DNA of 64,000 nucleotides from Selaginella moellendorffii (lineage: Eukaryota; Plantae; Lycopodiophyta), in NCBI RefSeq assembly GCF_000143415.4, contig NW_003314285.1, positions 833,370-897,369 of the forward strand, read 5' to 3'. Shown here in pieces: positions 31,300 through 42,314 of the stretch. Both the position numbers and the translations under genes were made by a program. The notes beneath the pieces were generated by a model. The model saw only the letters and a program-made list of their open reading frames with translations. It made no database searches and was not told where the DNA came from. The stretch's first letter is position 1; each line of letters begins with the position of its first letter.

Positions 31300-34200
31300 C
31301 AAACCATCAAGGTTCTCTTGTAAACGGGTTGGGATTTAGAGGAACGTTAGGAGGAGGCATCGGCAGATCTATAGGTGGTATTAATTGCTCATGATCCCTT
31401 TGTATAAAGCGTTTCAACCGCTGCACATGCACAATCTCTGGAGGATCAGTCTGCTAGACGTCATGCCAAACCTCATAAACTTGTGGTCCAACTTGCCACA
31501 ACACCTGATATGGTCCTTTCCATTGTGCAAGGAGCCCCTTAGATAAACCACATACCGTAAGATGGGGAAAACAGACTAAGGCATCGGTGGATCTATAGGT
31601 GGTATTAACTGCTCCTGATCCTTTTGTATAAAGCATTTCAACTGCACATGCACAATCTTTGGAGGACCGGTCTGCTGGACGTCATGCCGAACCTCATAAA
31701 CTTGTGGTCCAACTTGCCGTAACACCTGATATGGTCTTTTCCATTGTGCAAGGAGCCCTTTAGATAAACCACGTACCGTAAGATGGGGAAAACGGACTAA
31801 CACCAAATCATCCACTTTATACTCCGCAGGTGGACGATGATGGGAGTTGTAGCGCCATTGTTGTCCCACTTGTACGCGGCCTAAGTGTTTGGCAGACTCC
31901 GCTCGGACAAGTGGAAGAATGCTTGTCAAATATTGATCCCATGACCTAGCATCCGCAACTTATGGCAATCGCGAGGGTAAACCCAACTCCATTGATAATA
32001 TTGGATCATGACCATATAGGAGTTTATATGGTGAAGCACCAATAGAACTCTACACCCCAGTGACATATGCATACTGAAGAGACGACAAATAACCATCCCA
32101 ATCCGAATGCTAAAAGTTCACATACTTCGCAATCATCCCCTTGAACGTCCGAATGAGCCGTTCCACCAAACCGTCTGATTGTGGATGATAAGCACTCGTG
32201 AAAGTGTGGCAAATCCCCAACTGAGACGTCAAAACATGAAATGCTTCAGCCATAAATGCGGGACCATTATCCGAAAGAATCCGCTCTGGACAAGAATGCT
32301 GGAACACCACTCGATTGAGGAGGAAGTATCCAACAGTAGTTGCAGAGGCGTTAGCAAGAACACCAACTTCCACCCAACGAGTCAAATAGTTAGAAGCAAT
32401 AATAACATACTCATTGCCAGCAGTCGACCGTGGAAAAAGTCCTATAAGATCAAACGCCACCAACTCAAATGGACGGGAAACTGCAATTGACTCCAACCGT
32501 CCTTCCGCAGCCCGAGGGGGAGTATTACGAGCTTGGCACCAAACGCAACTACGCACATACCGGATAATATCACGTCGCATCTTCGGCCAATAGAAAGACC
32601 TGCGTAGCTTCTCGATTACACAACGATGTCCCATATGCCCACCTAGAATAGAAGAATTATGGTAGGCATGGAAAAACTGCGGAATAAAGATAGAAGGTAC
32701 CACCAACCGTAAATGATCATTAGGATTTGTCCCCACAAAATAAAGAAGGCCACCTTCAAGATGATATTGAGAATGTAAATGCCGGAAAGGCAAGTCATCA
32801 GCAAGTGATGTAGGATTCTCAAACCCATTTTGAAGCCTTCGAATCCATGGCTCAATCTTTTGAGCCTCGCGAACCTTATCAACTGAAGGTAGATTTTGCT
32901 TTGCACCTTGTGGACACTAAACAAGTACAGCAATTGCCGACAGCACAGAATCCTCGTCAAGAAAATCCACAGATGCTAGAACAACAGGCTCATCAGAAAC
33001 ATGAGAAGAGAGTGAAGAAGGAAGAGGAGCTCGAGAAAGGACATCAGCATCAACCATAGAACTCCTTGGGCGATGAACAACATCAAAATCATATATCTGA
33101 AGCTTTAAGGCCCACCGAGCAATACGACCAACTAGGTTCTTCCCCTTTAATAACGAAGTAACAGCAGCATGGTCACCTTCAAGTAACGTCTGAGAACCAT
33201 GTAGATATGCATTAAGTTTCTCGAAATCCCAGACTGCTGCTAAACACTCCTTCTCTGTCGTGGAGTAGTTCATCTCCGCTGGTTGTAATGTACGGCTTAT
33301 ATATGCAATGGGATGGCACTAACCAGGCACACTCGAGCTCTCTTGCATCAACACACCTCCAAGACCAATGTCAGAAGCATCCACGCGCAAAATAAAAGGT
33401 CGAGTGTAGTCAGGATATGCCAAAACTGGAGGAGTCATTAACAGCTCTTTGAGATCCCCGAACGCCCGCTCACAATCCGGAGACCAGATGAAAGATGATA
33501 TTGATGACTTCAGCAACGCTCGCAATGGTGCAGTGTGATCAGAAAGATGATCCACAAAACGACCGAGATACTGCACCTTGCCCAAGAAGCGCTGCACATT
33601 ATTCACACACTTCGGAGTATGGAACTTTAGAACAGCCACAAGTTTGTTAGGATCAACTTGCAAACCCTTACGTGAAATAAGGTACCCAAGATAAGTTGTA
33701 TTCTTGGACCCAAATACGCACTTCGACCGCTTCAACTTTAAACCAACGTCGCGTAGCCGATCCAACACTTTACAAATATCACGAATGTGCTCCTCCCACA
33801 TCCCCTTCGAGTGGATCAAGACATCATTAATGAAGTCAGCAGTCACCTCTGGCATATCGCAAAGAACCTCGTCCATCATCCGCTGAAAAGTTGTTGGAGC
33901 ATTGTTCAAACTAAACGGCATCACCAAGGATTCGTACAAACCAAATGGTGTACAAAAAGCGGTCTTAGGAATATCTTCTTCGGCCATCAGTACTTGCTAG
34001 TACCCAGAAGCAAGATCTAGCTTGGTGAACCAACGACTTCACCCCAGACGATCCAAGAGATCAGCAGTGTGAAGAAGAGGGTTCACATCTAGGATCGTCA
34101 CTTTGTTTAACGGATGATAGTCAATGTAGAAACGAATACTCCCATCGGGCTTTGTCACAAGATGAGGTTCACATGCCCAAGGACTCCACGACTTCTGAAT

Positions 34201-34865
34201 AACACCTTTCTCCAACATCTCCTTGACATTTGCATGTAAAATCTAGATCTCCTTGGGTGACCGACGACGAATGGGAACCTTGATTGGACGAGCATCCCCA
34301 GTTGGAATGGGATGACGTGTGGCAATCTTAGCCCCAGATGATAGGTCAAATTCAAAGAGATCAGAATACTCCTTCATAAGCCGGTCCACCGCTACAACAC
34401 AAAGATCATCGGAGGGATTGGAAAAGGGAAGAGCAGAACAAGATGGAAATATAGGAGGAAATAGTGGGGGAACAAAAGTAATGGAAGCAGAGGTAAAAGT
34501 AGAGGGACGAAGAGGGACAGAAGTAAGAGGAATGGATGAAACGTAAGGAAGTATGAGACAAGGGGGAGAAGCCTCAAAGTCACACTTGGCATGATTGCGT
34601 TGCAACCAATCCATACCAAGAATGAGGTCAAAAGCTTGACTCGGCACCACCCGCAAGGACTGCAACTCAAGCATCTAGATCGCCCATACGCACAACCAGG
34701 TCCACCTCATCCCATGCATATGCATGTGTATGGCCGTTGCCATAAAGAATGAAAACGGGTTCCGTCGCACGATGCAAGATGGCAACGTGTGGCAATAGGT
34801 CGAGCAATAGAAGATAAACTCAAACCTGTATCAACCAACACAGAGAGAAGAAGAGGAGACCTCTT
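31300..34865 (-). pseudogene. gypsy pol (protease C-terminal part, RT, RNase H, integrase), disrupted
   Basis: ORF-track fragments 34243-34674, 33319-33987, 32917-33273, 32110-32793 and 31576-31929. Confidence 0.92.
31355..31800. repeat. about 224-bp tandem duplication of the integrase C-terminal (GPY/F) region
   Basis: aggcatcgg..gatctataggtggtattaa...gatggggaaaac.gactaa occurs twice, and both copies encode FPHLTV.GLSKGLLAQWK.PYQVL.QVGPQVYEV. Confidence 0.9.
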
Positions 34866-35406
34866 TGTAATCGACTAAATTTTCCATTCTGCTTTAGTCA
34901 CTTAACCACACCTCTGACCACTTGGAGGAGTCTCATTCACAACCTCCATAAGTCCAATCCAGGACTTGGGACTTGCTAGCCCCGAGAATGGCATCCATGC
35001 CACTCAACATTTGCACTTGGTCCAAGTGCTCCACATGTCCGATCCCATGACCGACACTCAAAGGTACCACCGACATAGCAGCCCGTTACGCTAAGGCCAT
35101 GCCCAATCACCTTTGCCACACTGGTAGTCCAATACCACTTGCATCACAGTCTTGGCTCTCCAAGACTAGGCAAACCATCCGTGAGTGGTCATCTCAGATC
35201 CACTCCTTAGCATCCTTAGGATGTCCACCGACAAGGGGATAGCCTTCCCCACTATCCCTCTGTCAGTCCCCACTAAGTCCCTTTCTGCCCCTGGTCGTGT
35301 TTGCCAACACTGCCACTAGATCGAGACCCACAGGCCCGACCACTAAGTCCCACAGTCCTCTGGGACTTCCTCACCACACGACTGTGTCCTTGGTCACTAC
35401 CCCAGA
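34866..35406 (+). repeat. left terminal inverted repeat (541 bp)
   Basis: tgtaatcgactaaattttcc...ggtcactaccccaga. Confidence 0.95.
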
Positions 35407-35861
35407 GGACTGCTCCTCTTCCTTTCCACAGTTTGGGCCTTTGGGACAACATTTCGGAACACCGTGGCCTTACGCGAGCCACCTGGGTACTCTCCTCGCC
35501 TTCTGCCCTTGGGTGCTCTAGCCATGGGCTTAGAGCGGGTTCCATTGAGCCACACTAGGTATCCAAGTAGGTAGTGCCACCCACACTTGGACTGGGAGCA
35601 TCGGCCAGTCGATCTCCCGGGGGAACTAGAGCCGGCTCTTGAACACTTCACCAAGCTACCCCGCTTGTCGGTCCGTGTTCACTCTAGTCTTGGACTTCCC
35701 AGTGGGCAGCTCATCACCCAACACTGGGTCCGGCCTTCCTGGGCCAAACTGGCCTTTCCTAGCCAAACTGGCTCCACTGCAGTCCTCCCCCTTACTATAC
35801 TTTTGGAGCTCACCAAACCCCCCAGGGTCTAGGAGACGAACGCTTTGGGCTTTCACCCTCT

Positions 35862-36387
35862 CAGACTCGAGCTCGGACTCGGACTCAGACTCGGACTCGG
35901 ACTCAGACTCGGGCTCGGCCTCGGTCTCGGCCTCGGCCTCGGTCTCGTTCTCGGTCCCGATCTCGGTCTCGGTCTTGGTCCCGGTCTCGGTCTCGACTTC
36001 GGACTCCATCTCGGACTCCATCTCGGACTCCATCTCGGACTCCATCTCGGGTCCATCTCGGACTCCATCTCAGGTCCATCTCGGACTCCATTTCGGGTCC
36101 ATCTCGGACTCCATCTCGGACTCCATTTCGGGTCCATCTCGGACTCCATCTCGGGTCCATCTCGGACTCCATCTCGGACTCCATTTCGGGTCCATCTCGG
36201 GTCCACCTCGGACTCCATCTCGGACTCCATTTCGGGTCCATCTCGGGTCCACCTCGGACTCCATCTCGGGTCCATCTCGGACTCCACTTTGGACTCCAAC
36301 TCGGGTCCATCTCGGACTCCACTTTGGACTCCAACTCGAGTCCATCTCGGACTCCACTTCGGACTCCAACTCGAGTCCATCTCGGAC
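35862..36387. repeat. compound minisatellite (CTCGGA and CTCGGT hexamers grading into CTCGGACTCCAT, CTCGGGTCCAT and CACTTTGGACTCCAA units)
   Basis: Directly visible tandem array. It produces the spurious SDSD, ESEM and PRW ORFs in the ORF track. Confidence 0.95.
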
Positions 36388-38023
36388 ACTTCCACGTGTC
36401 ATGTGTTGGCTTTTGGGTCCCTTTTTGGAGCCTCGCTTTTTGCTCGCTTCGTGCTCGTTCCTCGAGCACTTCTTTGGGAGTTCCACTCCCGCTCTTGACT
36501 TTTCAAGTCGGAGCTTTTGGTCCAAACGTGTTACGCTCGTTTGGCTCTCGCTTCAGCCACTACCATGTGGCACCCTTCCCGGCTCCACTTTGGGGCCTAG
36601 GGATTTTGTGTCTCACAACTCCACCACCCATAGACGAAGTTCGATGTCCTCATCGAACGGTAAACCATTTTATAAAGTAACACCCAGATGTGTTACCATT
36701 TCCATCCTTGGCCCCTAGCCAATATTTGTCAATGGTTTGACATTGAAGGCTCACCATGCCTTCTCCATATTCATCAATGGTTCGACACCAAAGGCTCACC
36801 ATGCCTTGCCCATCCTCTAAGGAGGATAGTCTCTCCAACTTAGAGATTCACTTGACCACCTGGGGTGGTTTGCTCCTTTTTATTGGTTCAGTTCTCGCTA
36901 AACCTATTAGAGACACACTCTCTAACTCAATTCCACTACTCATTCTTGAGTAGTCACAGATTCCATTGATCTACCTTTGCACTTTGGAACGTTTACTCTC
37001 GACTTTTTGGAGTCAATTTCCTAGGTGTCTCTAACACCTTGCCTTGCACATTTTGTGCAACTCCACTTCCCCTTCTAGGAAGCTCTCTACTCGAGGGCAC
37101 CATCATCCTCTTTCCTATTTTGTGCCACCTTGGGCACTAAATTCCAGTTATTATACTTTGTGCTAGGGCTGTCCATAGCTCTATCATTTGGCTATCTTAC
37201 CGCTCCCTCCCTTGGAGCTTCCACTTTTGCTAAATCGGAGCAATTCGGAATCCATCTTTGGAGACACACTTCCTTTCCCACAATTTGTTAGCGTCCAACA
37301 CATTAGTGTTCCTCGCCTAACTTTGTCACTTGGATTCCTTCCCAGGGATTCCACGGCCCTATCTTGGCCACTCATCTTTTGCTCCTATTCGTTGATTGTT
37401 GCACCAAGCAACATCGAATCTCTACCTCCCTCCTTGAGGTATTCTTTTGATTCCATAGCAAAGGCTCTGCTTTGCCAAGACTAGGGTGTTCACCCCTAGT
37501 AAGTCTCTTTTAGCATCTTCTGCTGTGGGCTCTATCCTCGGCCCAACTTTGTGACCCTCTCATGGGTCTCTTTAGAGACTACTTTCCTTGGACACACTAT
37601 GCAATCGCAATGACATAGCTCATTTCCCTAAGGTGCTTTTCCCACTTGGTCACCTTGACCAAGCCACACCATCATCAATAGTTCAAATTAACACTTTGAA
37701 CTAGGAACCTTATTCCTTAACCCAAACAAGGACCTTGTCCTTATTTAGCCACAAGATCACCTAGTGATCTCACCTCGGCACCTTAACAGGTTTGCCAATA
37801 GGTACTAGGTCTTCCAGACCTTTAACTTGTTAACTATGACCCCGGGGGCATCCCCCACACTTGGCGGTGCGCCCAAGCCAGCCCTTCCGGCCAAGGGTCT
37901 ATAGCAACTGAGATTAGGTGTCCCCATCTCACTCACCACGTCCTTTGTGCCACTTGCACCAAAGCGTTCAAGTTAGATATGCCGAGCTTTCACACTAAGC
38001 AATCTAACCGTGCATCAAGGTGA

Positions 38024-38564
38024 TCTGGGGTAGTGACCAAGGACACAGTCGTGTGGTGAGGAAGTCCCAGAGGACTGTGGGACTTAGTGGTCGGGCCTGT
38101 GGGTCTCGATCCAATGGCAGTGTTGGCAAACACGACCAGGGGCAGAAAGGGACTTAGTGGGGACTGACAGAGGGATAGTGGGGAAGGCTATCCCCTTGTC
38201 GGTGGGCATCCTAAGGATGCTAAGGAGTGGATCTGATATGACCACTCACGGATGGTTTGCCTAGTCTTGGAGAGCCAAGACTGTGATGCAAGTGGTATTG
38301 GACTACCAGTGTGGCAAAGGTGATTGGGCATGGCCTTAGCGTAACGGGCTGCTATGTCGGTGGTACCTTTGAGTGTCGGTCATGGGATCGGACACGTGGA
38401 GCACTTGGACCAAGTGCAAATGTTGAGTGGCATGGATGCCATTCTCGGGGCTAGCAAGTCCCAAGTCCTGGATTGGACTTATGGAGGTTGTGAATGAGAC
38501 TCCTCCAAGTGGTCAGAGGTGTGGTTAAGTGACTAAAGCAGAATGGAAAATTTAGTCGATTACA
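38024..38564 (-). repeat. right terminal inverted repeat (541 bp)
   Basis: tctggggtagtgacc...ggaaaatttagtcgattaca. Confidence 0.95.
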
Positions 38565-38688
38565 CTCTTGTTATAAAAACGAGCTTGTAAAGTAAACACT
38601 GGATGAACTGGTGTTGAGTGAACCCCTTGATGATACTCCCGAAAGAAAGATGGAGGGGTCACTGACTTATTCATGCAAGGTCCCTCCG

Positions 38689-39621
38689 TTACTCGCGCGA
38701 CTCCTTGTTTCCTGGATGCATCTTAGTGTCCAAACCTTCCACTACAGCAGCACCAACGGGACGTTGCTGACGCCAAGGTCTCCACCCAGGAAATGGAGGT
38801 CGCCAATCCGGAAAACGCCAACAACGCTGATAAGTATGACCAACTTCGTCACATGCCCAGCAGCGAATATCACGGCCACGACCACGTCCTCGCCCTTGTC
38901 CTTGGACTCGAGTAGCAGCAGCATCAACCTCCATTGGAACAGGACCATCACCTATAGGAAGAGGAGCTGAAGGACGTGTAGCAAGAAGTGGGAGAGGCGA
39001 TGTCTCATAACGTTGTGCCAAGTGAAGAGCATCGTCAAGGGTGGCGGGAGCAAGTGCATGCACAAGTTCGACAAGATCTTGACGAAGTGCTGGCCACAAC
39101 ATTCCTCGCTTGATCCGCTCCGACATATTTGGCTCTGCACGAAGCAAAAGACTTCGGAAACGAACGCCAAATTGCATCACCGACTCAGATGGCCCTTGGC
39201 GAAGACGATGCAATTGTTAGAAAGCATCATCACAGTCATCAGCATGTCCGAAGGCACGTTTGAAGACATCTGGAAGAACACTCCAATCCCCGCGAGTGGC
39301 TGCTCCCAAACTGTTGTACCACTGCAATGCCATCCCTTGGAGACACGTGGGAAACTCACGCAAACGTTGAGCATCATCCCAAGAATGATATGTGGCAATC
39401 ACCGTGAAGTGATCGAACCAATGGTACACATCATCCCCAGGATTCCCGCGAAAGAACTCCGGCCGAACGCGAGGATTGGCACCAAGAGCAGGAGGAGTTG
39501 TACCATGTGCCGTGAACAGCGCTATCAACTAAGTTTTGTTGTTCAATTGCAAACGCATAGCATCAAACAATTGGACCAACTATTGCTCCAGAGTCAAAGG
39601 AGGAGATTGCTGATTTGCCAT
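38689..39621 (-). pseudogene. gypsy gag with premature stops
   Basis: MANQQSPP...RPEFFRGNPGDDVYHWFDHF...LQGMALQWY...LRQGPSESV...PVPMEVD...CWACDEVGHTYQRC. Three in-frame TAG/TAA stops are consistent with CAG/CAA deamination. Confidence 0.9.
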
Positions 39622-39834
39622 GGAGACAAATGAAAAAGAAAGAGCAAAAGAAGAGAAATGACAAAAAGCTAGAAGGAAATGGTAGATCTAGACAATGCAA
39701 AAAGCTAGATCTAAACCAAAATCCTGAAAAGAAAGAACAAAAGAAAGGAAATGGAAAAAGCTAGATCTAAACAATGCAAAAGTTAAATCTAAACCAAAAT
39801 CCCAAATTTAAGCACTCCTTAGAGATAATCAAAG

Positions 39835-39853
39835 GTGCCCCTCACCTCCACCA
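39835..39853 (-). other. primer binding site of the gypsy element (tRNA-Ala-like)
   Basis: The minus strand reads TGGTGGAGGTGAGGGGCAC one base after the 5' LTR. It resembles the complement of a plant tRNA-Ala 3' end (from memory, about 2 mismatches). Confidence 0.6.
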
Positions 39854-39854
39854 A

Positions 39855-40030
39855 TGTGAATGCTTGGAATTTAGAAAGGGAATACAGAAAGTATGCATCT
39901 CAATTAGCCCAAAAACCCTAGTTTATATACAGGAGCAAGTGGTTTAGATTGAAACCAATCCGACGGCTACCAAAATCCCACTACGCTAATATTAATATAC
40001 AGCATCGCAGCCATACACTTGGCCCTCACA
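39855..40030 (-). repeat. 5' LTR of the gypsy element
   Basis: Direct repeat of 31106-31281, followed on the minus strand by the PBS. Confidence 0.93.
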
Positions 40031-41421
40031 AATTCAAAAATTAATAAAAAATAGTCAATTAAAAATTATTTTTTAATAAGTCTCAAAAACATAAACTGTT
40101 TATAAATACAGTTGATATGTATAAATGAACGATGCAAATGAAGGACATCGGTATTTTTTTGTACAAGCATGCATTTGAGAACAATGTTAGAGGGATGAGT
40201 TTAATTAGAATATGAAAAAATTAAAGGAGCTATAAACACCAAAATGAAAATGGAGTTATAAAACTGAGAATGGTGTATTACAATAAATCAACCATGTTTA
40301 CATATGCATAGACAAAATATAAATTTAATATATGTGAACCAAAAATATGAAATTTTCCACAACCAATAGCTCTTAGGTCATTGATGAGATATATCATAAC
40401 AAAAAGTCAATGTCAAGATTGTAAAACAATACAAACTTTTAAGAAAGATACTCAAGCTCTCTCGTAACCCTTTGTGCTGGGAATTAGATTGGACACGGAC
40501 TCCAACTTCAACCAATGGCCACACCATAGTCAATAAAAGAAAAAAAAACAAGTAGATAATAGTCACGTATATAATTCAATAGTCAATCGTGAATATAGAA
40601 TTAAATACTCATGAGTGCCCTTTCCACTTTTTCCTTGATATTCAGCCCGAAAATCCTAATCTCCTTCATAGACTGATTGCCAGTCAGGTGAATGTGGACT
40701 GTAAACAATGTTATTGCTATTAGCCTTCTCCATTCTGTCTATGCTGCTGCCACCAAACTTCCCTCCTACTGCTGCTCTAGACGTGGCAGCAAAGTAATGT
40801 GCCACCCAAAGTTGGGAAACAACAAAACAAGTAATTTGGAGATGAAAGGGCAACTAAGTTAGATGGCAGTAGCATAAAAAGGTGAGATGCTTGGAGGACG
40901 GGCATTCGCAATTGGGGATTAGAAGAATGGCAGATAATTTAAATGAACTCTTGAAAGTGGTGCTTAATGCACAAACGCCTTCAGAGACATGGCATCTGGG
41001 CTATTAAGACTTGTCGTGCGCCTCTTTGCTGTGAGGATTCTTAGTGTTCTTGTGGCTGGCTGAGGAAACTAAGTGAACCCATGCTCAACCGAGCTGGATT
41101 GGCATTGTTAGTATCCTGTACTCCCGGATCTCTAGGCAGAGATTCTGCAGGTCCTGCCTATGCCTTGGTGGCTCTGGGCAAGATTAATAGGCAGAGCCCT
41201 CCTGATGACACTTCCACAATTCTGGGGTGAGCCAGTCCCTAGGTGGCACATGTCCATCTCTAATTGAAAAATGGTTTCCTGTGATCACTGAGAAAGAAAG
41301 GAAAGAATAAAAATGCAGTCAACGGATCTGTAAGAACAGGGGACAAAACGAATTATTAAACTACAAAAACGATGCCATTTTGGTTGGTTGATCCGCCGCA
41401 AGAACGCGTTGCTTGCTTTCT

Positions 41422-41948
41422 TCACTGCTTGGCGATCACATCCTCGATCAAATCGGCAGCGTCTTGCACGGTGACAATCTTCTCGGCTCCCTCCTCGCCC
41501 AGGCTGATCTTGAAGTTCTCCTCGAGTTGCATCATCACCTCAACCTTTGGAGACGATTCAAAGCATCCAGTCAGAAAACAAAAAGAAGGAGCGAAATATC
41601 CATTACCGTGTCGAGCGAGTCGGCTCCAAGATCGGCGAACTTGGCAGCCGGAGTGACGCTGGACTGATCGATCGAGAGTTGGGTGGCGATGATCTTCTGG
41701 ACTGAAGCAAGAGTCTCTGGCTTTGCCTGTGAAAACAGAAGATCACATTCCCCCGGAGAAAAATCGGAGCACTAGAAGAAAGGCATATAGAAGCATACTG
41801 CGCATGAAATGAGGGAGCGACCACGCTTGCTTGTCAAGACAATGGCGCTGGGCCTGAATCCGACCACGGGGGAAGCTCTCGCAAGGGATCCGACGCTAGC
41901 AAAGGACACGGCGGGCACCATGGAGCACGATCCAGCGGCAGCGGCCAT
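41422..41948 (-). CDS. ACP: plastid acyl carrier protein, 3 exons
   Basis: Transit peptide, then AKPETLASVQKII...KFADLGADSLDT/VEVMMQLEENF, containing the phosphopantetheine site DSL. Confidence 0.93.
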
Positions 41949-42314
41949 TGCTAAAGCACCAAAAGCAGATCTTAGAGCGATCGATTGGAGTGACAATCTT
42001 ACCAGAGCGAGACGAGGTTACTCCGAAATGAGGAAAGAAATGCTCGCGAATGCCGCCTGGATCACGAGGAACTGAGAGAGAGAGCGCCTAAAACCCTGGC
42101 TGAAAGCCCGGGTTATATGGAGGGACAAAGCTCTTGACGGACCATCCAATCCAAAGAGCATGCAAAAAACAAATCATGAAAAAGGTTTTACCACAAAATT
42201 ATTTGCTTTTATCCAACTTGCTCTAATTGCAAAATGCCCCTCGAATTTGGCTACATTATCGTGAGGGTGACGGACATCTTTCTCAAGAACCCTAGAAAAA
42301 ATTTGGAAGTTATG

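Larger units (their letters stand above)
34866..38564. mobile_element. non-autonomous element with 541-bp terminal inverted repeats, TGT...ACA termini and 5-bp TSD (CTCTT), inserted in the gypsy protease
   Basis: 34866-35406 is the reverse complement of 38024-38564 (about 5 mismatches). CTCTT is at 34861-34865 and 38565-38569. Removing the insert restores the host frame PVFTLQARFYNKRSPLLLSVLVDTG. Confidence 0.93.
31106..40030 (-). mobile_element. degenerate Ty3/gypsy LTR retrotransposon (no chromodomain seen), interrupted by a nested element
   Basis: Two 176-bp direct LTRs (TGTGA...TCACA). Domain order is gag (CWACDEVGHTYQRC), protease (LVDTG), RT (KTAFCTPFGLY, FIND for YxDD), RNase H (DASDIGLGGVL, NYSTTEKECLA), integrase (H-H-C-C, ILSDNG, YHPQSDGLVER, GPY). 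Many stops and frameshifts. Confidence 0.95.

Noticed and set aside
35862-36387. CRISPR-like array
   Set aside because: The units are contiguous, with no unique spacers and no cas genes, in a eukaryotic context.
35639-36718. Long ORFs in several frames (359, 217, 188 and 180 aa) inside the TIR element
   Set aside because: They arise from the stop-free minisatellite and show no domain motifs.
34866-38564. Classification as MULE/Pack-MULE, CACTA, hAT or DIRS
   Set aside because: The TSD is exactly 5 bp and the ends are TGT/ACA, which fits none of them. DIRS elements do not make TSDs.
40650-41270. Moderately GC-rich block between the LTR and ACP
   Set aside because: The frames I read are interrupted by stops and I recognise no motif, so it cannot be assigned.
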